The notes under the pieces are model-generated. The model was not told the DNA's origin. It did no database searches and worked only from the letters and a program-made list of their open reading frames with translations. Both the position numbers and the translations under genes were made by a program. Source: Malacoraja senta (lineage: Eukaryota). Taken from it: a stretch of DNA of 64,000 bases. Location of the stretch: contig CM076000.1 in assembly GCA_038087875.1 (NCBI GenBank), forward strand, positions 1,736,001 through 1,800,000. The letters are read 5' to 3'. Shown here one piece after another: positions 12,101 through 22,505 of this stretch. Position 1 is the first letter of the stretch. Each line of letters opens with the position of its first letter.

Positions 12101-12966
12101 ATAAAGCATTTATACAATGGGAAAGAATGGGAATTAAAACGCTCGAAGATCTGTATGAATTAGAAAAATTACTATCATTCCAACAACTACAACTGAAATA
12201 TAATTTGAAAAATAATCAATATTTTAAATATATACAAATCTGTGACTATTTGAAAACACACACAAAAGATTATTATAATACGCCTTCCGACTTACTAGAT
12301 GAAGCAATGAAGACAAAGGCGGAATCAGCTAATTTAATATCATACTTATATAATATCATTTTAAATATAGAAATACCCACAACAGATGGAATTAGAAGAG
12401 ATTGGGAACAAGATCTAGGTATAAAAATTTCAAAAGAGAGTTGGGATAATCATTTATTACAGGTGCATAAATGCTCGATCAACGTACGACATACGCTTAT
12501 CCAATTTAAAACATTACATAGATTATATTATTCAAAAACCAAACTAAATAAAATCTTTCCTAACGTCTCACCAATCTGTGATAAATGTATATGTCAAGAA
12601 GCTACCATAGCACATTCTTTTGTTTTTTGTACAAAAATCCAAAAATTCTGGTTTGAAATATTTGATATTTTTTCAAAATTAATCAAAATAAAACTGGTAC
12701 CAAAACCAGAATGGATTATTTTTGGAATATCGGAAGGTATTCCTGAATTAAACGTGTATCAGAAGAATTTACTCAATTATGGGCTAATAATGGGAAAAAA
12801 GCTTATACTTAAATTCTGGAAAAATGCGCCCACACCAACAATAAAAATGTGGACATCAAATATGTTGGAAACATTACATCTGGAAGAGATGAGATTCCTC
12901 CTAGTAGGCAAAGCAGATCAATTTCAAAAGACGTGGTCTACGTTTTTGGACCTATTACAAGCATGA
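9175..12966 (+). CDS. L1 ORF2p (APE endonuclease + reverse transcriptase + CCHC), 1263 aa from first ATG
   Basis: SWNIRG, LQETH, NIYAPN, GGDFN, SDH; PGPDG, SLDAEKAFD, RQGCSLSP, LYADD, KYLG; CDKC-x8-H-x4-C. No stops or frameshifts. Confidence 0.98.
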   Translation: MHDDNQKKIGGITLCSWNIRGINEPIKRGKILAQLKSYNTDIAFLQETHLKQQDQTRLRANWIGQTFHSSFTSKSRGTAIIIRKGIPFKSKNTILDKEGRYLIVAGEINNMPITLVNIYAPNFDNPQFFNKILNIIAESNYQNVIIGGDFNCVLDPYLDKSMQKQKGQTKSKTSELLHTYMENTNITDVWRIANPTGRDYSFYSMVHKTYSRINYFLVDTKLISQSLNPKYHINAISDHSPLTFVLKLEGMSMNKPFWRFNSQILKDPQGSIYLKKQMDLFFELNDTPEISPTLLWESFKAFIRGVIISFQAYQNKKNKNEQRHLEDQIKQLDIDNAKDPTMDKHNKILLLKFQLNKLLSEKVITLFQITKQEHFEFGDKPHKLLARQLKKREKENAILKIKSDRGEVLTLPKDINKRFAQFYQNLYTSKTSIDNNKISEFLDNCNLPQLERREQEELGAQITSKEIEDTIKTLKNGKTPGPDGFSNEFYKSFYDIVTPRLQKMYTYAYKEQNLPETLAESTIILILKKDKNIEEPGSYRAIALLNTDQKIIAKTLANRLSKYVSRLIHEDQTGFIPKRHSFNNLRRLLNIMHSHKSYDQELAIISLDAEKAFDQVEWDYMIKVLQKFQLGENFIAWIKLLYNKPTARILTNNILSSKFELSRGNRQGCSLSPLLFALVIEPLAEKIRTHSNIHGYNTKYSNNKLSLYADDVLLYITKPQISIPNILNLIEDFGSFSGYRINWNKSEIMSIKPKDSTHLRKFPFKIAMEKFKYLGIEITRNYHDMFKANYNPLLKKLNNLIKFWKTLPMSLIGRINAIKMIFLPQILYLFQSIPIYLPKKFFKKLDSDITNFIWDYKSHRIQRTHLNKRKELGGLALPNFMYYNWAVNIKNMIHLLDNSAQQVDWIIMEKGDCSPNNIGAIILSPINLNNKNYNKNPIIYSTIRTWKQIKQNLKLRNLSLLIPIVNNPSFKPSIIDKAFIQWERMGIKTLEDLYELEKLLSFQQLQLKYNLKNNQYFKYIQICDYLKTHTKDYYNTPSDLLDEAMKTKAESANLISYLYNIILNIEIPTTDGIRRDWEQDLGIKISKESWDNHLLQVHKCSINVRHTLIQFKTLHRLYYSKTKLNKIFPNVSPICDKCICQEATIAHSFVFCTKIQKFWFEIFDIFSKLIKIKLVPKPEWIIFGISEGIPELNVYQKNLLNYGLIMGKKLILKFWKNAPTPTIKMWTSNMLETLHLEEMRFLLVGKADQFQKTWSTFLDLLQA

Positions 12967-13352
12967 GGTGCAATAGTAATTTAGAAAAACAAATAAATAA
13001 ATAAAAGGTATCTGGACCTGGTAATGGGAGGTAAAATAAAAATAGACTTGGTTGGTAGTTCCTTCTCTATGAAGTATGGTATAAGAGTCATAATAGAGCG
13101 ATTGTTCCTTCTTTCTTTCTCTTTTTTTTCTAGGGTCTATTTTCTAACTTTACTTCCTTCTCTAACCTCTTTTCTAAGGGGCTTTCTTTTCCCAACACTC
13201 TTTTGCACTTCACAACCTTTGCGCACTTTCTTCACTTTTCTTACTTCTTTCTTTTTCTTTTTTAAAGTTTAAAAAAGTGAAGCGGTACAAAAAATGTATT
13301 AATATATACGTGTTGTACATTACTGTAATCTACCGTACTTCTAAAAAATAAA

Positions 13353-13383
<31 letters not shown>

Positions 13384-13498
13384 TGAGTGCGCGGTCTATG
13401 GCGGCAGATTCTTCCCGTTTCGCCGCCAATGACCGCAGATTCGTGAGACAGACCTTTTACAGCACCAGAGATCCGGATTCGATCCTGACTACGGGTGG

Positions 13499-13797
13499 TT
13501 TACTGGAGACTCCGATGTTAAGTCCATGCCCCGAGGTGGGGCTCAAAGTCAGTCCAGGGAGGCCTCTAGCTGCATCGATGGTAGACCGCAGAGCAACTGG
13601 AGATGTGACCCGGAAAACAATCGCATTTCCGGCAAGGTAAGAAACTGAAAAAAAGTTTCCCCCTCCCCCCTCCCCCCACATAAATCAAACCGAAGAACAT
13701 TTACACAGACTTTTAAAACGCACAATTTTTTTTTTTAAAGACGAAAAAACATAGACTGTTGGTGGGGCTGCCAATTGTGCGGCGCCCCTGGTGGCAG
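13499..13797 (-). mobile_element. 5' part of the GC-rich non-coding retroposon family
   Basis: On the - strand: GC-rich head, T-rich tract, G-run + GAAAC, hairpin; same layout as 59143-59400. Confidence 0.55.
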
Positions 13798-14203
13798 CCA
13801 GCATCATCAGAGACCCACATCACCCTGGCCACACGGATTTCACTCCTGCCATCGGGAAGAAGGTACAGGAGCCTGAAAACTGTAACGTCCAGGTTCAGGA
13901 ACAGCTTCTTCCCTACAGCCATCAGGCTATTACACACTACAACCTTAAATAAGCTCTGAACTACAATAGACCATTATTGCATTATTATTGTTTGTTTTTT
14001 GTGTGTTGGTATGTGTATATATATATGTCATCTATATATATGTCTATTTGTGAGTATGTGTATATATATACACTGAACTTTTTTTTCTCTCTCGTTTATT
14101 ATATTGTTTACAGTGTACTATGTTTACATATTCTGTTGTGCTGCTGCAAGTAAGATTTCATTGTTTTATCTGGGACATATGACAATAAAACACTCTTGAC
14201 TCT
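13793..14203 (+). mobile_element. Rex1/Babar-type LINE 3' fragment
   Basis: Encodes LLPSGRRYRSLKTVTSRFRNSFFPTAIRLL; tail ATTTCATTG...ATGACAATAAA...(CTCTTGA)n. Confidence 0.8.
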
Positions 14204-16675
14204 TGTCTGTACGGAGTTTGTACGTTCTCCCTGTGACCGCGTGAGTTTTCTCCGGGTGCTCCTGCAGATGCTAGTTTATGTCGAAAATTGAAATTTGCAG
14301 TTAAAAGCTAGTAGGCTGGGGACTGGCTTACTTCTCTGATAATGCTAGGGGATCATGGCACTTGACGTGTGTCAGACTTCATGCTAGCGTTTGGTTGAAT
14401 TTCCCGAATGACATGAAACAACGATTTAATAGGTTGAATTTCTGGATTTGCAATTTAAACAGTTTAGTTGAGATCCCATGAAAATATATTCCAATGCACC
14501 AATGAAAATGACCACAAATAAAAATAACAATGATTTATTTTAGCGACTAATCGTATAGCGTGATAATTGGCCATTTGGGATTGAGAATGAAAATCGACAC
14601 AAAATTACCTCAGAAGTGTGAAATTAGGTAAATTGGACCGGTGCCAGAGGGCAAGCTCTTGAAATAAAAATGGGATGTCGAGGAAAAGAATACTTTAAAT
14701 TCAAGGCACTACAGCATTTCAAGACTCCCACAAAAGAAAATCATAATTGTCTGAGAAACTTCCCTTCTTATTTTCTCCCCCCACACTGCTCATGCTTACC
14801 TAGGAGACCTGATTAATCTGCTACTCCTGGGATACGTTCACCACTGAACGATTCTTTTTAAATTATGTGGACAAGCAGGCCTTTATTTCTTGATCACCAA
14901 GCTGAGAGCAAGAGGCTTGGGACTAGCCGAGGGAACTCCTGCTTTTACTTTTCAAAAAAACGTTAAAATCAATTTACTGGAGGGTCGGCTGATAAATAAG
15001 TAAAATGCCGTGCGCAGATTTTGTTTAAAAAAGAAATCCTTTCAAGTTTTGCCATGGTTTTCCACAAATTCCAGTTGGGTTTGCATATAAATGCCTCCCC
15101 TACTGTGCTGGCATGACATTTCCATTCTCCATACACTACACAGGGGCCTCCAAAAATGAGCCTGACAAATTGTGCTCTGCTCTCATTCCATTGCAAAATG
15201 GATTGAGCCTGCCAGCAATAACTTCACTTCTGACCCATTCCAGCTGTCAGAGAGTGAGAAGTTCATCCTTTCTGTTTGAGCTGGATTTAAATTCAGTTCC
15301 CAAAAGCGCAAGGACAGTGCTAATGCATTGTTATACTTAGCCTGTCTTGGTCATGCCAAGTGCTAATGACCCTCTGTTTTCGTCTGTAGTGAAAAATATA
15401 ATTTACGTCTCATTTGTTATAAATTTTTCCTCAGTGAAATATGCAGGGAATTCAAGCTTTACAGAGACTGGCAGAAGCAAGCCCTGTACAATTATAGCTC
15501 TTTGTAAGTAATTTTGGTTTTCTGAAGGATCCAACAGTTAGAAATAGGGCAGCTTGAGCTCTTGGGAATGCACACGATTAGGTAATGTTAAAGTAGATGT
15601 AGGAAAATCACCACAAAACCATCAACAACGACGATTTCATTGATACTGGCAACTGCTTTATTTTACTATCCGCTTTTATAAACAACTTTTTCAAGCAATA
15701 GGAAAAACCTTAAACATTGGACTCAAAAGGTCTCAATTCAAATGTATATACCATGCTTACAAAAAGAAAACAAAACATGTTTTGAAGTGATTTTTTTTTT
15801 TAAAAAGAGCTCATAATTTGAATAATTAGGCAGAGTTGAAAAAAACGAATGCTGTCATTGTTTGGGCATAGTTACATAGATGTCTATTCCTTCTCATTTG
15901 TTTTTTTTTTGTTCCCTTATCTTTTAATGGCCCTGTCCCACGGTACGAGTTCATTCCAAGAGCTCTCCCGAGTTTAAAAAAAATCAAACTCGTGGTAAGC
16001 ACGGAGAATGAACGTAGCGGGTACGTCGGAGCTCGGGGACGTCTCTTAGCGGCTCGTTACGCTAACGGCAAGTACTCGGGAAGACTCGCTAACGGCAGGT
16101 AAGCTCGGGAAGACTCGTGAAGATTTTTCAACATGTTGAAAAATGTCCACGAGAGCCCCAAGTACCGACGAGCGGCCGACGAGAGGATAAATGCGTGGCT
16201 GAAGGACTGGTGCAGTGGGCAGGGATTCAAGTTTCTGGATCATTGGGACCTCTTTTGGGTAAGGTGTGACCTGTACAAAAAGGACGTATTGCACTTGAAC
16301 CTGAGGGGGACCAATATCCTGGCGGGGAGATTTGCAAAGGCTACAGGGGAGTCTTTAAACTAGAACGGTTGGGGGGAGGGACTCAAATAGAGGAAGCTTG
16401 TAGACGGTGTGTGAGGCAGGAGGCAGAGAAGGGAAGCACTCAGACCCAACAGGTAGGGGGGAAAGAAGAAAATAATAATAAACAGAGAATAAGAAGTGGT
16501 GGGTTTCTTAAATGTGTGAGCAGAGAAACAGAGGGTGTAAAATGGGGGTAGAAGCAATAGGTAGCAAGGTGAAAAGTAAACGTGGCAGACAAATCCTGGG
16601 CAAAAATCAAAAAGGGCCACTTTTCAACATAATTGTATAAGGGGTAAGAGTGTTGTAAAAACAAGCCTGAAGGCT

Positions 16676-19600
16676 TTGTGTCTCAATGCAAGGATCATTC
16701 GTAATAAGGTGGATGAGTTGAATGTGCAGATAGCTATTAATGATTATGACATAGTTGGGATCACGGAGACATGGCTCCAGGGTGACCAAGGCTGGGAGCT
16801 GAACATCCAGGGATATTCAATATTCAGGATAGACAGAAAGGAAAAGGAGGTGGGGTAGCGTTGCTGGTTAGAAAGGGGATTAACGTAATGGAAAGGAAGG
16901 ATATTAGCTTGGAGGATGTGGAATCGATATGGGTAGAGCTACGAAACACTAAGGGGCAGAAAAAGCTAGTGGGTGTTGTGTACATGGTAGCGAATTGAGG
17001 AATGCAGTTGAACAGAGGGATCTAGGAATAACTGTGCATAGTTCCCTGAAGGTGGAATCTCATGTAGATAGGGTGGTAAAGAAAGCTTTTGGTGTGCTGG
17101 CCTTTATAAATCAGAGCATTGAATATAGAAGTTGGGATGTAATGTTAAAATTGTACAAGGCATTGGTGAGGCCAATTCTGGAGTATGGAGTACAATTTTG
17201 GTCGCCTAATTATAGGAAGGATGTCAACAAAATAGAGAGAGTACAGAGGAGATTTACTAGAATGTTGCCTGGGTTTCAGCAACTAAGTTACAGAGAAAGG
17301 TTGAACAAGTTAGGTCTTTATTCTTTGGAGCGCAGAAGGTTAAGAGGGGACTTGATAGAGATCTTTAAAATTATGAGCGGGTTAGACAGAGTGGACGTGG
17401 ATAAGCTTTTCCCATTGAGAGTAGGGAAGATTCAAACAAGGGGACATGACTTGAGAATTAAGGGACAGAAGTTTAGGGGGAACATTAGGGGGAACTTCTT
17501 TACTCAGAGAGTGGTAGCTGTGTGGAATGAGCTTCCAGTGGAAGTGGTGGAGGCAGGTTCGATGTTATCCTTTAAAAATAGATTGGATGGGTATATGGAC
17601 GGGAAAGGAATGGAGGGTTATGGTCTGAGTGCAGGTAGATGGAACTAGGGGGAAGTATTTTATTTTTAATTTAAAAAAAAAAAAAAAAAAAAAAGTTAAA
17701 TGTTCGGCACGGACTTGAAGGGCCGAGATGGCCTGTTTCCGTGCTGTTATGGTTATATGGTTATACAGGCCACCTAACAGTAGTAGTGGAGTTGGGGATG
17801 GCATCAAACAGGAAATTAGAAATGCATGCAACAAAAGTAAAACAGTTATAATGGGTAACTTCAATCTACATATAGATTGGGTGAATCAAATTGGCAGGGG
17901 TGCTGAGGAAGAGGATTTCTTGGAATGTGTGCGGGATAGTTTTCTAAACCAACATGTAGAGGAACCAACGAGGGAGCAGGCTATTCAAGACTGGGTATTG
18001 AGTAATGAAGAAGGGTTAGTTAGCAGTCTTGTTGTGCGTGGCCCCTTGGGCAAGAGTGACCATAATATGGTTGAGTTCTTCATTAGGATGGAGAGTGACA
18101 TTGTTAATTCAGAAACAAGGGTTCTGAACTTAAAGAAAAGTAACTTTGAGGGTATGAAACGTTAATTGGCCAAGATTGACTGGCAATTGATTCTTAAAGG
18201 TTTGAGGGTGGATATGCAATGGAAGGCATTTAAAGACTGCATGGATGAACTACAAAAATTGTTCATCCCAGTTTGGCAAAAGAATAAATCAGGGAAGGTA
18301 GTGCATCCGTGGATAACAAGGGAAATCAGGGATAGTATCAAAACAAAAGATGAAGCGTACAAATTAGCCAGAAAAAGCAGCCTACCAGAGGACTGGGAGA
18401 AATTCAGAATCCAGCAGAGGAGGACAAAGGGCTTAATTAGGAAAGGGAAAATAGATTATGAAAGAAAACTGGCAGGGAACATAAAAACTGACTGCAAACG
18501 TTTTTATAGATATGTGAAGAGAAAGAGATTAGTTAAAACAAATGTAGGTCCCTTGCAGTCAGAAACAGGTGAATTGATCATGGGGAACAAGGACATGGCA
18601 GACCAATTGAATAACTACTTTGGTTCTGTCTTCACTAAGGAAGACATAAATAATCTGCCGGAAATAGCAGGGGAACGCGGGTCAAATGAGATAGAGGAAC
18701 TGAGTGAAATCCAGGTTAGCCGGGAAGTGGTGTTAGGTAAATTGAATGGATTAAAGGCCGATAAATCCCCAGGGCCAGATAGGCTGCATCCCAGAGTACT
18801 TAAGGAAGTAGCCCCAGAAATAGTGGATGCATTAGTGATAATTTTTCAAAACTCCTTAGATTCTGGAGTAGTTCCTGAGGATTGGAGGGTAGCTAATGTA
18901 ACTCCCCTTTTTAAAAAGGGAGGGAGAGAGAAAACGGGGAATTACAGACCAGTTAGTCTAACATCGGTAGTGGGGAAACTGCTAGAGTCAGTTATTAAAG
19001 ATGGGATAGCAGCACATTTGGAAAGTGGTGAAATCATTGGACAAAGTCAGCATGGATTTACGAAAGGTAAATCATGTCTGACGAATCTTATAGAATTTTT
19101 CGAGGATGTGACTAGTAGAGTGGATAAGGGAGAACCAGTGGATGTGTTATATCTGGACTTTCAGAAGGCTTTCGACAAGGTCCCACATAAGAGATTAGTA
19201 TACAAACTTAAAGCACACGGTATTGGGGGTTCAGTATTGATGTGGATAGAGAACAGGCTGGCAAACAGGAAGCAAAGAGTAGGAGTAAACAGGTCCTTTT
19301 CAGAATGGCAGGCAGTGACTAGTGGAGTACCGCAAGGCTCAGTGCTGGGACCCCAGCTATTTACAATATATATTAATGATTTGGACGAGGGAATTGAATG
19401 CAACATCTCCAAGTTTGCGGATGACACGAAGCTGGGGGGCAGTGTTAGCTGTGAGGAAGATGCTAGGAGGCTGCAAGGTGACTTGGATAGGCTGGGTGAG
19501 TGGGCAAATGCATGGCAGATGCAGTATAATGTGGATAAATGTGAGGTTATCCACTTTGGTGGCAAAAACAGGAAAGTAGACTATTATCTAAATGGTGGCC

Positions 19601-20253
19601 GATTATGAAAAGGGGAGATGCAACGAGACCTGGGTGTCATGGTACACCAGTCATTGAAAGTAGGCATGCAGGTGCAGCAGGCAGTGAAGAAAGCGAATGG
19701 TATGTTAGCATTCATAGCAAAAGGATTTGAGTATAGGAGCAGGGAGGTTCTACTGCAGTTGTACAGGGTCTTGGTGAGACCACACCTGGAGTATTGCGTG
19801 CAGTTTTGGTCTCCAAATCTGAGGAAAGACATTCTTGCCATAGAGGGAGTACAGAGAAGGTTCACCAGATTGATTCCTGGGATGTCAGGACTTTCATATG
19901 TAGAAAGACTGGATAGACTCGGCTTGTACTCGCTAGAATTTAGAAGATTGAGGGGGGATCTTATAGATACTTACAAAATTCTTAAGGGGTTGGACAGGCT
20001 AGATGCAGGAAGATTGTTCCCGATGTTGGGGAAGTCCAGGACAAGGGGGCACAGTTTAAGGATTAAGGGGAAATCCTTTAGGACCGAGATGAGAAAAACA
20101 TTTTTCACACAGAGAGTGGTGAATCTCTGGAACTCTCTGCCACAGAAGGTAGTTGAGGCCAGTTCATTGGCTATGTTTAAGAGGGAGTTAGATGTGGCCC
20201 TTGTGGCTAAAGGGATCAGGGGGTATGGAGAGAAGGCAGGTACAGGATACTGA
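16676..20253 (+). pseudogene. CR1 ORF2 (EN+RT), disrupted
   Basis: Frameshift near 16845, nested insertion 16985-17763, in-frame stops at 18163-65 (TAA) and 19606-08 (TGA). Confidence 0.9.
16985..17763 (+). mobile_element. Second CR1 subfamily 3' fragment inserted in the host CR1 endonuclease domain
   Basis: ORF 16995..17648 is a CR1 ORF2 C-terminus. It splits the host VVY|RPP motif; TACA is repeated at 16981-84 and 17764-67. Confidence 0.9.
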
Positions 20254-20547
20254 GTTGGATGATCAGCCATGATCATATTGAATGGCGGTGCAGGCTCGAA
20301 GGGCCGAATGGCCTACTCCTGCACCTATTTTCTATGTTTCTATTAACGTAAATCTCCGAGTTCGAAACAGGACAAACTCGGGAGAGCTCTTGGAATGAAC
20401 TCGTACCGTGGGACAGGGCCATAGGTTTTCTTAACCATTTTAACCAGGTGTGCAGCAATGCTGATCCCAGGACTCTGCCTGCAATTGTCTACCATCAAGT
20501 GAAATTGTTGCCCTTCATTTGCCCCTATGGGCAGATACAGCTAGATA

Positions 20548-22155
20548 CAGTGGCTTGCAAAAGTATTCATACCCCTTGAACTTTTCCACATTTTGTCACG
20601 TTACAACCACAAACGTAAATGTATTTTATTGGGATTTTATGTGATAGACCAACACAAAGTGGCGCATAATTGTGAAGTGGAAGGAAAATGATACATGGTT
20701 TTCCAATTTTTTTACAAATAAAAAACTGAAAAGTGTCGCGTGCAAAAGTATTCAGCCCCCTTTACTCTGATACCCCTAATTAAAATCCAGTGCAACCAAT
20801 TGCCTTCAGAAGTCACCTAATTAGTAAATAGAGTCCACTTGTGTGTAATCTAATCTCAGTATAAATACAGCTGTTCTGTGAAGGCCTCAGAGGTTTGTTA
20901 GAGAACATTAGTGAACAAACAGCATCATGAAGCCCAAGGAACAGGTCAGGGATAAAGTTGTGGAGAAGTTTAAAGCAGGGTTAGGTTATAAAAAAATATC
21001 CCAAGCTTTGAACATCTCACGGCGCACTGTTCAATCCATCATCCGAAAATGGAAAGAGTATGGCACAACTGCAAACCTACCAAGACATGGCCGTCCACCT
21101 AAACTGACAGGCCGGGCAAGGAGAACATTGATCAGAGAAGCAGCCAAGAGGCCCATGGTAACTCTGGAGGAGCTGCAGAGATCCACAGCTCAGGTGGGAG
21201 AATCTGTCCACAGGACAACTATTAGTCGTGCACTCCACAAATCGGGCCTTTATGGAAGAGTGGTAAGAAGAAAGCCATTGTTGAAAAAAACCCATAAGAA
21301 GTCCCGTTTGCAGTTTGCCACAAGCCATGTGGGGGACACAGCAAACATGTGGAGGAAGGTGCTCTGGTCAGATGAGACCAAAATTGAAGTTTTTGGCCTA
21401 AATGCAAAACGCTTTGTGTGGCGGAAACCTAACACTGTATATCACCCTGAACACACCATCCCCACTGTGAAACATGGCGGTGGCAGCATCATGCTGTGGG
21501 GATGCTATTCTTCAGCAGGGACAGGGAAGCTGGTCAGAGTTGATGGGAAGATGGATGGAGCCAAATACAGGGCAATCTTGGAAGAAAACCTGTTAGAGTC
21601 TGCAAAAGACTTGAGTCTGGGGCAGAGGTTCACCTTCCAGCAGGACAACGACCCTAAACATACAGCCAGAGCTACAATGGAATGGTTTAGATCAAAGCAT
21701 AATCATGTGTTAGAATGGCCCAGTCAAAGTCCAGACCTAAATCCAATTGAGAATCTCTGGCAAGACTTGAAAATTGCTGTTCACAGACGCTCTCCATCCA
21801 ATCTGACTGAGCTTGAGCTATTTTGCAAAGAAGAATGGGCAAAAATGTCAGTCACTAGATGTGCAAAGCTGGTAGAGATATACCCCAAAAGACTTGCAGC
21901 TGTAATTGCAGCGAAAGGTGGTTCTACAAAGTATTGACTCAGGGGGGCTGAATACTTTTGCACGAGACACTTTTCAGTTTTTTATTTGTAAAAAAATTTG
22001 AAAACCATGTATCATTTTCCTTCCACTTCACAATTATGCACCACTTTGTGTTGGTCTATTACATAAAATCCCAATAAAATACATTTACGTTTGTGGTTGT
22101 AACGTGACAAAATGTGGAAAAGTTCAAGGGGTATGAAAACTTTTGCAAGCCACTG
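20548..22155 (+). mobile_element. Tc1/mariner DD34E transposon (Passport-like), copy 2
   Basis: TA TSD at 20546-47 and 22156-57; complete IR/DR TIRs; nearly identical to copy 1. Confidence 0.97.
20927..21937 (+). CDS. Tc1 DD34E transposase, open 336-aa ORF
   Basis: Paired-like HTH, GRPP, WSDETK / QQDND / NPIE triad. Lacks 3 N-terminal residues (HTR) relative to copy 1. Confidence 0.95.
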   Translation: MKPKEQVRDKVVEKFKAGLGYKKISQALNISRRTVQSIIRKWKEYGTTANLPRHGRPPKLTGRARRTLIREAAKRPMVTLEELQRSTAQVGESVHRTTISRALHKSGLYGRVVRRKPLLKKTHKKSRLQFATSHVGDTANMWRKVLWSDETKIEVFGLNAKRFVWRKPNTVYHPEHTIPTVKHGGGSIMLWGCYSSAGTGKLVRVDGKMDGAKYRAILEENLLESAKDLSLGQRFTFQQDNDPKHTARATMEWFRSKHNHVLEWPSQSPDLNPIENLWQDLKIAVHRRSPSNLTELELFCKEEWAKMSVTRCAKLVEIYPKRLAAVIAAKGGSTKY

Positions 22156-22329
22156 TACATTAAAACCAAAGTGGACAATGTCAGTTTTCTGCCCAGTTCC
22201 TTTGCTAATGTGCGGGTAGATAAGCGCTAGTAAGCTATCTGAACGAGTCTCGAGTATGAGGACAAGTTATCATAAAAGTGAAGCCACGTCCTTCAGCAAC
22301 TGGCCCAACTTATCATGTGCTTCCTTCAC

Positions 22330-22505
22330 TGTCAGGTCAAGTTAGCTGATGACATGATGATTGATGGTGTTGGTGATATTGTGGAAGGTAGTCTCAAGCT
22401 ACAGGGTGATATTGTGGAAGGTAGTCTCAAGCTACAGGGCGATATCAATGTATTAGTGAAATGGGCTAAGAAATTGCAGGTGGAATTTAATCCAGATAAA
22501 TAAGA
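22330..22505 (+). mobile_element. CR1 RT fragment with 27-bp tandem duplication
   Basis: KLADD...LQGDIN.LVKWAKKLQVEFNPDK; GGTGATATTGTGGAAGGTAGTCTCAAGCTACAG occurs twice. Confidence 0.7.

Larger units (their letters stand above)
6768..13382 (+). mobile_element. Full-length L1 retrotransposon (6.6 kb)
   Basis: Perfect 14-bp TSD ATGAGTGCGCGGTC (6754-6767, 13383-13396). GACTTCCGG 5' end, ORF1, 1.2-kb spacer, ORF2, T-rich 3'UTR, polyA. Confidence 0.98.
6225..13456. mobile_element. CpG-rich non-autonomous TIR element (PIF/Harbinger-like), ~0.6 kb, hosting the full-length L1
   Basis: ~40-bp imperfect TIRs: AGGCCGTGTCTTACCTGTTTGCGGTCATCGGCGGTGAAGCG vs reverse complement AGGTCTGTCTCACGAATCTGCGGTCATTGGCGGCGAAACG. 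TTA on both sides (6222-24, 13457-59). Confidence 0.75.
6187..14263 (+). mobile_element. HE1-like SINE split into three pieces (6187-6224, 13457-13498, 14204-14263) by later insertions
   Basis: The pieces join into a continuous SINE (GGGAGGCACAGTGGTGCAGTGGTAAAGCTGCTGCCTTA | CAGCACCAGAGATCCGGATTCGATCCTGACTACGGGTG | GTCTGTACGGAGTTTGTACGTTCTCC) colinear with the intact copy at 58759. Confidence 0.85.
16180..20343 (+). mobile_element. CR1 (HER1-like) LINE, 5'-truncated within ORF1, ORF2 nearly complete
   Basis: ORF1 C-terminus with SGNH-esterase-like DxLHLN; ORF2 motifs CLNAR, GITETWL, YRPP, SDH, YLDFQKAFD, SGVPQGSVLGP, KFADD; tail GGCCTACTCCTGCACCTATTTTCTATGTTTCTAT. Confidence 0.95.
15928..20421. 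mobile_element. GGCC(C)TGTCCCAC-type MITE (Harbinger-like) hosting a CR1
   Basis: Perfect ~46-bp TIRs TGGCCCTGTCCCACGGTACGAGTTCATTCCAAGAGCTCTCCCGAGTT; halves colinear with the uninterrupted relative at 27850-28157. Confidence 0.85.

Noticed and set aside
13775..13795. CTCF-like motif CCACCAGGGGCGCC (- strand)
   Set aside because: One G short of the consensus, lies at a TE junction, and is absent from the related head at 59143.
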